A DNA stretch of 64,000 nucleotides from Octopus sinensis (taxonomy: Eukaryota). This document shows, one piece after another, positions 1 through 10,019 of this stretch (its first letter is position 1; the number at the start of each line of letters is the position of its first letter). The DNA is taken from assembly GCF_006345805.1 (NCBI RefSeq), contig NW_021833893.1:1-64000 (forward strand). Reading direction: 5' to 3'. Position numbers and translations under genes: made by a program. Below the pieces are notes generated by a model. The model made no database searches. It was not told the DNA's origin and saw nothing but the letters and a program-made list of their open reading frames with translations.

Positions 1-230
1 ACCAGTCATGCAAAATGGCACCCATGTCAGTGGTATGCAAAAGCACTCTGAGAGTGCTTTTGCGTACCACTCTCAGAGTGGTTCGTGTTAGGAAGGGCAT
101 TCGGCCATAGAAACCAAGCCAAATCATACTGGAGTCTGGTGTAACCTTCCAGCTTGCCATCCCTGGTCAACTCATCCAACCCATGCCAGCATGGACAATG
201 GATGTTAAATGATGATGATGATGATGATGA
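1..230 (+). mobile_element. 3' end remnant of RTE LINE family 1 with (GAT)n tail
   Basis: GTTAGGAAGGGCAT...CAACCCATGCCAGCATGG followed by (ATG)n; matches the 3' ends at 9870-9990 and 20210-20359. Confidence 0.8.
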
Positions 231-1072
231 TATTTCCAACTGCTTTTCTATGCTTACATAAATTGAACAGGTGTTTGCCATGCAGCTTCTTACCATTTTT
301 TATCTTCCTTTGTTATCTCTTTTGTGAGGTCCAACATCCTGGGGTTTACTGTCACTTCGACTCATATCTTTTACATTTTCTTTCTGCTTGCATTTCCTAG
401 CTCATCATTAAATTGTTTCTCAGTTACCTAAATGTTTTGTATGTTAGCATATAATAAACATGCTTTTAAATCAGAGTATGTTTTCTTTCTGAACTAAAAA
501 AGAAAATATTGAACTATATTTTGTGCTAACTTCGTTACTTCACATAAATCATGATTTTTTCCCTACATACACCATTTTCTGGAATTGCACCATGATTCCC
601 CACATTTACCCAATAAAGATACACAATCTATTTATCATTTGTCCTTAAAAAATCCCGAAGCTTTCATGTTTTTTCTTCAAAACATTTTTTTGCAAAGGTG
701 AACTCATTTTTCATTGAGATAACTCTGACATCTTCCAAAGTAAATTACTTTCACTTTCATAGGGCCCTGGAAATAAAGAAGCTCCAGACTGAAGAAAATC
801 ACAAAGATATTTTTCTGCCTCACTTATCAAAATGGATAAAAACACTTCTAAATTTCTGTTTGCACTAATGGTTAAGCTTTTTCTTTTCTTCAAAGAGACT
901 TAATTTACTTCATGTGTTATATACAGTCAACACATTTTTGTCCATTGTGGATATACTTATTCCTGCCTTCCAAGTTGACTTCTGACCCCATACACAATCT
1001 ACCCATCAGTCACAATCTGACTTCCTGACAAAATCTCCTTTTGTATGAGTTGCTCTGATGTTCAATCTACAG

Positions 1073-1135
1073 CAGGGGTGGGGAATCCCTGCCCATGGGC
1101 CCATTTTATTGTGCCTGCAGGCTAATATACTCACA
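1073..1135 (+). mobile_element. hAT (Charlie/Buster-like) left terminus remnant
   Basis: Starts CAGGGGTGGGGAA; preceding 8 bp ATCTACAG fit the NNNTANNN target pattern; no right end found. Confidence 0.4.
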
Positions 1136-3082
1136 TGTACAAAATAAAGTAAATTTTTTAATTATAAAATTTATATAATACTCATATGCCAATTTGCGAC
1201 ATAGGTTGGGTTTCCATTATGACTTAAAACGGTCAGACTTGAACAGAAATTGTCCGGTAATTGCCATTTGAATGGAAATTTTGTTTTCACTATAAAACAC
1301 ATATTGCTAGATTTGTACCACCCTCTTGAGGCCCAATTACACTTTAGCTGAGAAAACTAAAAATATATTGCATGTATGGAAATAATTGTTAATATGAAAC
1401 AAAAGCTGAATGATTGTTGAAGATACTGTGTAAAAATTATTTTTAATTTAGTCATCATTTGGTGATGAGGCATGTCTGATGACCACAAATACTCAAATGA
1501 GACTTTAATGAAAGATTAAAGTAATTACACAGAAAGGCACTCAGAGGTAGAATGAAAAGCGAGCAAAGGATTTTTGAAGGTGAAGATAGATGTGATTTGT
1601 TGTAAATATCAATGTTTGTTTTTTGTTCTGAGTGGAATTACACAGAAATATTGAGAGCAATAGCTCAATAGAGTATTCAGCAAAATTTAGATGTCACAAA
1701 GAAGTGTTAGGTGTGTCTTGTATGTCAATCAAACAACTAAGATAATAGCAGGATAGGAATATTTTATTGTTAGAAATAACTGCACAATGTTTACTGTTGC
1801 CACTAATGTGAATTCGGTCAGTAAATGTAGATGAGACACAGAAATACCTGTGAAAGATGAGATCTTATTTTGTGCATTACTAGCCAAAGTAACATAGTTG
1901 GGTAGCAAACATGATGACCCTGGTGAAAATCAAAACTTCTAGGATTTTGAAGTCATGAAAAGTACTGTCAATTTTTTTTTTTCCCTAATCTAAGAAAGTT
2001 CTTTTTGATTGATGTCACTCATCCATCAGTAGAAATGTTTGGCTGGAATATGTCTGCATGCATATTTAATCAATTGCATAGTATCTGTTGCTAGCTGTGT
2101 CAAATATAATGTTTGAAGAAGCAAGAATTTGATTTAAGACAAGAATACTGTGGGATCAAATCCAGGAAGCAGTCTTTTACAAGAATCCATTTACAGTGCG
2201 TTAGTTGCAGGGAGAAACAAATGAAAGCAAGAAACAGGAAATGGCTATATATAATGTTAGTAACAATATAGCATTTGTGGTGAGTATGCTGTGGCACCTT
2301 CAAAGAGAATGCAGAGGCCAAGTGAATCTGATGATGTAGCTGCATATGGTTGCTGTGGTTAAGTATGTAGAAATAAAGAGTGCAAGAAGCAAGTCAAATG
2401 CACTGAACCAAGTAATTCTGTTATGCACAACCACAGTATGGTTGTACTAAGAAATGATTATTTGTAGCAAAAAGCGAACTGTGCAGAAAGTACAAAAGAA
2501 TATAGGCAATGGTGTTAGCAATTCTGGTCAAAGCAAACTGAGTTGTGATTTAGTGAACTTCTTTAGCTAATATGAGACATGACCAGTCTCTTGTAAATGG
2601 GGAAGTACAAAATGTTGCCAGTGCAGCATCCAATAGAATGGTGTTAAAAGTGAGAGCTGGAAATAACCACTGGAGGCATAGGTATCAATTAGAATGTATA
2701 CATGTACAGAAAGTGTTGTCTAAACTAACAGATAGAAAGTGAAAATACTATAATGAATGTAGGTCCCAAGAAAAAGATGTTCATGTGAAAGCAGGCATAT
2801 AGAACTACAAATAGCAAAATAATAGTGCAAGGAGCATGTGTGTATGGAAGAGTGATTGTGACAACACCAAAAACAAAACTGCAGATGTGAGTCAGCTATA
2901 CTGAAGCTTGTATTGTCAGTTTGTAAAGTCTTGAGCATTGTGCTGTGTGTCCAACATGAGCCACTATAGAGAGCAAAATTTTCATTTAAAGAATGGAAAA
3001 AGTATGCATGTGTTGTGTGTAGTGAGTACATAACAGTAGAACAATAGAATATGCAAATATTGTTTTCTACTCTTGGCACAAG

Positions 3083-3270
3083 GCCCAAAATTTTTGATGA
3101 TGGGACCAGTCAATTGGATTGACCCCAGTACGCAACTGGTACTTAATTTATTGACCCCAAAAGGATGAAGGACAAAGTCGACCTCGGTGGAATTTGAACT
3201 CAGAATGTAAAGACATATGAAATACCACCAAGCATTTCACCTGGCATGCTAACGTTTCTGCCACCTTAGA
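3083..3270 (-). mobile_element. tRNA-derived SINE, family A
   Basis: Minus strand has B-box-like GTTCTGAGTTCAAATTCC-type motif and body GTCGACTTTGTCCTTCATCC; homologous to 36623-37500 copies. Confidence 0.8.
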
Positions 3271-4830
3271 ACATGCAAATATTAAAGCTGAAATGTATTA
3301 GTGCAGATACAAACATGCAAAAAAAGATGAAAAAGGCATGCAACATAAATCAGATGAAATAGAAATGCTTGAAGTTAGACAGAGCAGTTATATGAGGTTT
3401 TAACATAAGCAATAATCAGTATTACTAGAAATAACAGCTGAGTGCCTATTTTTTTCTTGGTGAGTGCATCTTTTTAGCAACGACAGAAATAACAACTTAG
3501 CAAAGTGTTTGTTTTACAAGTAGATCTGCAGAAAGTTTATAGTAAAAGTTACTGCTTTTTCTTCATTTTCTTTTTTGTTTCTTTTTCTCCTTTTCCCTAT
3601 TTAGTTGTGCTTGCTTGGCAGCATCTAGTGAAGGCTCCCTGTGTGTATTGTATCAAGTGGAATATTTTGCAAGGTGTTGGATGTTGCAAAGTTCATGTTT
3701 ACTTCTGGTTTTGTAAGGCAGTTGCATGGCTGTTCTTTGAGGTAAGAATCACCAATTTAAAGAAGAAAATAATAACAAAAATGTTCAGTACACCAAGAGG
3801 TGTTATATATAAGTATATTGAGTTCTAACAACTGGTTATTGGTTGTGCTATGGCCGAATACATACACACACACACACGCATGCACGCACACACACACACA
3901 CATGCACGCACACACACACATACATACAACGTATATGATTTATATGAACGTATATTGAAATTATACAGCTGAATCATAACCAGGGAGTGACCCTCAGGTT
4001 TCATATTTGTTTCAAGTTTCCATTCTTCTCAGATTGCATAATTAAAATCCATTTAATCTCTTCAATTCTCCATCATCATAGGTGAAAGAAAGGTGAATCA
4101 ATATGATCTCATTTAATTCTAATTTTATTGACCTAGTTCAATTTTTACAAAGGTTTAATGCAGGTGCATGCTCTTGATACCTGTTAAAGAAAAAATCCTG
4201 GCCCTTCTCTGATTTCCAAGCAGTTTACATCTGTTACTTTTAGTTAGTAACTTTGTCATGATTCAGCTTTCATTCACACACACACACAAACAAAAATCTT
4301 TTTTTTGCAAGACTTGCACACTTTGCCTTTCTCCTTCCACACATTTAGTAGCAGACTATTATAAGGACTAGACGAGAGATGTTTTATGCAAACCAACTGT
4401 CATGAACAATACAAATTTGTGTTTTTTTTCCAACTTGTTACAGTTGTTGAAGTATAAAACAGGTAATGAGTTAAGACTGTCTTTCATTTCATTTCAATGC
4501 ATCCTCAAATTGTCAACTTTTCAGAAAAAGTATGTACTTGTATAATTCTCAATAGAATGGGTATATTAATCAAAGTGTACAGGATTTTAGATCCATTTCA
4601 GGTGATCTTACCAGTTGGTTTTGCACTGGGTAACAGATATTAGATAACAGTGCAGTTACATAACACCTGCAGCACTTCACCATGGTAGGTATGAAATAAA
4701 TATGACATCGCATCATCCCCGCACTTGCCATCTCTCCAAAGCACATGGTATTCCTTAACCACTCTGTTTAATATCAAGTATAAAAAACCAATTGATAAGG
4801 TTAGCTGAAATGGATGTATATATATATATA

Positions 4831-5868
4831 TTTTTTTTGCTTGTCTTGTTCCTTGGTTTGTGTCTATGTGTTTCGTCTCTCTATGTGTTCGACGTCTTTT
4901 TGGTGTCCTGTACACATATATGCGTGTATATGTACATGTAGAGGTAGGTACGTACATATATGTTTATATATATGCATATGTTCTATTTTATTAACATATT
5001 ATATGACTAAACGCACGCACCCTAATAAGTAAGATTGTCTGTTTATCAAGTTAGCCTTGATATTAACTCTCAACGCGACTCTGCCGCTTTCTTTCTTTCT
5101 CTCCCATTCCCTTTTTCGTCCCTTTTTTCCCTCACTTAACTTGTCTCTTCCTCTCTCTCTCATTCTTCATTCTCCTCTCTCCCTTTCACCCATTCTTCAT
5201 GGTCTCCTCGCACCATTCCCTTCTTCTCTCTCTTCCTCTTGCTCCTCTCCCCCCCATTCCCTCGTCCATCTGCTGACGATACTTCCCGTCGTAACTGCTA
5301 TCCTGTCTTTTCTCGCCCGCCTTGTAAGGCTACTGGTCGACATTTTTCTCTCTCTCCGTTCGTCCCACGATAATCCAGCGTTTGCAATACTTTTTTCGTC
5401 TGCGTTAACAGCCCTTCTTATCTTGTTCTCCTTGTCCTGTGCCTCTCACTGTTTATATATTTATTTTTCCACCTGTTTATATATATATTTTTTACTGTTT
5501 ATATGTTGTACTGTCGTTACCGTCTTGCTTTTTTTTTACCCTTCTGCGAAAAGATCTCAGAATTTTAATTGATTTGCTTTTCGCGGGAAGAAGTTTTCTT
5601 CGAAGTATACGTCTTCGCTTTATCCTTCGAAACGTTTAGTAGATGAAACCTTAGCGACGAAGAGGGATTTTTCGTTGTGCTTATTGTCCTGTATCTCTCT
5701 CTTTTTTTTTGCTTGTCTGTTTCCTTGGTTTGTGTCTATGTGTTTGTCTCTCTATGTGTTCGACGTCTTTTTGGTGTCCTGTACACATATATGCGTGTAT
5801 ATGTACATGTAGAGGTAGGTACGTACATATATGTTTATATATGCAATATGTTCTATTTATTAACATAT
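4831..5868 (+). repeat. Family E repeat with terminal direct repeats (4831-4999 and 5702-5868), possibly Penelope pLTR-derived
   Basis: About 165-bp near-identical direct repeats roughly 870 bp apart; homolog on minus strand at 47600-48055. Confidence 0.6.
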
Positions 5869-5887
5869 ATATATATATATATATATA

Positions 5888-6253
5888 CTAGCAGTATCGC
5901 CCGGCGTTGCTCGGGTTTGTAAGGGAAATAACTATAAAGCATTTTTAGAGAGTTATAGCCAAAAATGGGAAAAAATGATGGTAAATTTTTTTTTAGTTAA
6001 AAAGGTCGAGTTTTGCGTCCCCTAGACAGTCTGTGGTTTGTTTCTGATTCTCGACCCCATGTCCGAATTATCGATTTTTTTCAGAACTGGGGGATCTTTT
6101 AAAATTTTCGCTGCGTTAGTTTTGAATTATGACATTGGGCTATGTGTGTGTCAAGTTTCATCAGAATCGGTTGAAACCGTGGTCAGGGTGAGGGTACAAC
6201 CTAACAGACACACAGAAACACACACAGACAAACTGCCGTTTTATATAGAGAGA
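5888..6253 (-). mobile_element. Non-autonomous Helitron, complete (366 bp)
   Basis: Minus strand starts A|TC at 6253 and ends CCCGAGCAACGCCGGG hairpin...CTAG|T at 5888; AT target. Confidence 0.8.
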
Positions 6254-6632
6254 TATATACATACATACATATATACATACATATATATAATATATATACA
6301 TACATACATATATATATATACATACATACATATATATATACATACATACAATATAATAATATACATACATACATATATATATATAATACTACATATATAT
6401 TATTATATATTATATATATACAAGATAAGAAAATGGAGAAATACAATCTAAATCAAATATCAATTACCAGATAATACTCAATCACATACTTTATTAAACC
6501 ACCACATAAGAGACTGTAGGGTTAAATATAAAAAGCAGAACAAATCAGTGTACATAAAGGGTAATGTTGTATAATAAGTAGAATATATAAAAAAGAGAAT
6601 ATAAATATAAGTAATATAAATATAAGTATAGA

Positions 6633-6768
6633 TTACATCTTACAGCTGTTTCGGCCATGTAGATAAGTATGTCTCATTTTACCAATATTAGCCCTTTATG
6701 TTGGTCATATATAGATATAAATGAAACATTTACAAAAATATCATAAGGCCTCTTCGGAGATTATGTAA
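6633..6768 (-). ncRNA. Minimal type I hammerhead ribozyme motif (U4C, 90-nt loop II)
   Basis: Minus: TTAC-ata-ATCT CCGAAGA GGCC [90 nt] GGCC GAAAC AGCT GTA AGAT GTAA; helix III is the palindrome ACAGCTGT. Confidence 0.7.
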
Positions 6769-7282
6769 TATAAATCACTCTACATATATACCCACATGGG
6801 TGTGGTGCATACCCATAATACAACATATACATATACATATGAGTGCATATACTCACACTCTTATACATATAAAAATATACATATACATAATGATATAAAT
6901 AATATAATTAGTAAACATATTGTGTTCCACATTCAATGTCTCAGTTTTTCGACTTAAATTTGTGATAATAAACATTAAAACAAATTAATACCTAGATGCA
7001 AATATACATAGTCAATAGTCATTATATTACTTCATAATAATTTCCTAAAGTGTCATTAAAGTTAGCGTCATTATCGTTGTCAATACCATTATTTTACCAT
7101 TATTATCATTCATAATAGTATTAATAACGCTTACATTAGGATCCAGAGCGGTATATATGTATGTCCGGGTTCCAGTTAATGATTTTCCTTATGACATAAA
7201 TACACTATTGGATTTGAATTTAAAATTATCATTATCTTCCTCACAGTTGGTCAATTGAGAGCCGATACATATATATATACAT

Positions 7283-7320
<38 letters not shown>

Positions 7321-7394
7321 GCATATATATACATATATACATATACATGCATATATAATAAACCTTTACATATATAAATAACGTGAAATACACG

Positions 7395-7480
7395 AAGGGA
7401 CGAACATAAGAGACAGATGGGTCATTCAAAGCCTTCCTTCTTCAGTCAGAAACTGATTCATCATCGCAAATTTCAGCTGT
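7395..7480. repeat. Dispersed repeat family F (second copy 20395-20466)
   Basis: GGTCATTCAAAGCCTTCCTTCTTCAGTCAG ~ GGACATTCGAAGCCTTCAATCTTCAGTCAAG. Confidence 0.5.
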
Positions 7481-7779
7481 TTAATTCTGAGATCTGCTCT
7501 GAATCGGCCAGCCCCAGAAGGAAAGAATGCAACGCAACAGAGACGAACATGAAACGAAAAAAACTTTTTGAAGACAGTAACGGTTAAAAACAAGGATGAC
7601 ACAGGCGCCCTACGGCTTTGAGACAAAGGAGACACAAAAACAATTTATCAGCAAGCGTGGAAAAAATAATTACCTTTTCGGTGAGGAGACACATGTTGAA
7701 CAAGCGGCCCGTTGGGAACGGAATGGCTGAGGCAGCAAGTCGCAAGAGGGTAAGAGAGAGGGAAAGAGGGGAGAGATAT

Positions 7780-7854
7780 ATATATATATACATATACATG
7801 CATGCATATATATATATATATAATATATATATATATAATATATATATACATGCA

Positions 7855-7888
<34 letters not shown>

Positions 7889-7918
7889 ACATGCATATAT
7901 ATATATTATATATACATG

Positions 7919-7953
<35 letters not shown>

Positions 7954-8087
7954 CATGCATATATATATATATAATATATATATATACCTGCATATAATAT
8001 ATATTATATATATATATAATGCATATATATATATATAATATATATATAATATATAATATATATATATATTATATATAGTATACATGC

Positions 8088-8119
<32 letters not shown>

Positions 8120-8130
8120 TATATACATGC

Positions 8131-8160
<30 letters not shown>
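7780..8160. repeat. (TA)n compound microsatellite
   Basis: Direct reading. Confidence 0.95.
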
Positions 8161-8161
<1 letters not shown>

Positions 8162-8164
8162 CTA

Positions 8165-9990
8165 GAGGTATCAAGCTGTTGGATCAGGTAATGAAGGTTA
8201 CGGAGAGGTCATAGCCAAACTAATTAGAGAGAAGTTAGTTTAGATGAGATGCAGTTTGGGTTCGTGCCAGGGAAAAGTACCACTGAGCTATATTCCTGGT
8301 AAGACAGCTGCAGGAGAATACCTAGCCAAAGATAAGCCCCTGTACCTGGCTTTCGTTGACATGGAGAAAGACTTCGACAGGGTCCCCGATCCCTTATCTG
8401 GTGGTCAATGAGGAACTAGGGATAGATGAATGGTTAGTGAGAGCTGTGCGAGCCATGTACAGGGACGCTGCTAGTAAGGTGAGGGTTGGCAACGAGTACA
8501 GTGAAGAATTCCGGGTAGAGGTAGGGGTCTACCAAGGCTCAGTCCTCAGCTCACTCCTATTTATCATAGTCCTCCAGGCAATAACGGGGGAATTCAAGAC
8601 AGGATGCCCTTGGGAGCACCTCTATGCTAATGACCTTGCTCTAATTGCTGAGTCACTATCAGAACTGGAGGAGAAGTTCCAGGTGTGGAAGCAAGGATTA
8701 GAATCAAAGGGCCTTAGAGTCAATCTAGCTAAAACCAAAGTCCTAATAAGTAGGAAGGTAGACAAATCACAAACGCCTTCAGGTAGATGGCCCTCCTCGA
8801 TCTGTAGAAAAGGCGTAGGTAGATACTCTATAAGATGCACCAAGTGTAAGCTATGGACACATAAGAGGTGCAGCAATGTCAAAGGAAGGTTAACTAAGAA
8901 GATAGTTTTTGTATGTGGCAGATGCTCAGGAGCAATAAACACTGAAAATGCTCTGAGACCAACTTCTGCCACATTCCAGGGAGAAAAACTAGAAATAGTT
9001 GATAGCTTCCGTTACCTAGGTGACCAAGTCAGTTTGGGAGCTGGTGTGCTGAAAGTGTAACTGCTAGAGTAAGAATAGCCTGGGCAAAGTTCAGAGAGCT
9101 CTTACCTCTGCTGGGGACAAAAGGTCTCTCACTCAGAGTAAAAGGCTGACTGTATGACGCATGTGTATGAAGCCATGCTACATGGCAGTGAAACATGGGC
9201 CGTGACTGCTGAGGATATGCGTAAGCTCGCAAGAAATGAAGCCAGTATGCTCCGATGGATGTGTAATGTCAGTGTTTATACTCGTCAGAGTGTAAGTACC
9301 TTGAGAGAGAAGTTGGACCTAAGAAGCATCAGTTGTGGTGTGCAAGAGAGACGTTTGCACTGATATGGTCATGTGGCGAGAATGGATGAAGATAGTTGTG
9401 TGAAAAAGTGCCACACCCTAGCAGTTGGAAGAGGTAGATCCAGAAAAACCTGGGACAAGGTGGTGAAGCACGATCTTTGAACTTTAGGTCTCACCGAGGA
9501 AATGACTAGAGACCGAGACCTTTGGAAGTATGCTGTGCGTGAGAAGACCCGGCAGGACAAGTGATACCATAACCTGTGGCCTCTACATGGGATGTAGCCA
9601 GTCCACTTATGCATACCTTTCTTTCTTGGGACACAAAACTCTAAATGTGAAGACCTGTTGAGGCAAGTGAAAATCCAAATCAAAATCGAAATCGATCAAC
9701 ATCAATGGAAATTGCAACTGTGATACCAGTGCCAGTGGCACGTAAAAAGCACCATCCGGTTGTGGCCATTGCCAGCCTCACCTGGCCTCTGTACCAGTGG
9801 CACGTAAAATCACCATCCGATCTGGCACCTATGCAGGTGGCACCTAAAAAGCACTCACGGTGTGGTTGGCGTTAGGAAGGGCATCCAGCTGTAGAAACAT
9901 TGCCAGATCAGACTGGGACTGGTGTAGCCTTCTGGCTTCCCAGACCCCAGTTGAACCGTCCAACCCATGCTAAACGATGATGATGATGAT
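8165..9990 (+). mobile_element. RTE-clade LINE family 1, 5'-truncated and frameshifted (RT core, PHD-like insert, thumb, 3' UTR, (GAT)n tail)
   Basis: MQFGFVPGKST, AFVDMEK.FDRV, GVYQGSVLSSLLF, LYANDL (YADD decayed), LHGSETW, GRPRKTW-like end. Confidence 0.93.
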
Positions 9991-10019
9991 ATATGCATAT
10001 ATATATATATATATATATA

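Noticed and set aside
698-893. Overlapping short open frames on both strands with possible splice sites
   Set aside because: No recognisable protein and no consistent acceptor-donor pair
5057-5572. 171-aa Leu/Ser/Phe-rich ORF that looks like a membrane protein (also 44576-45076 and 54318-55094)
   Set aside because: CT-rich low-complexity DNA inside or near repeats
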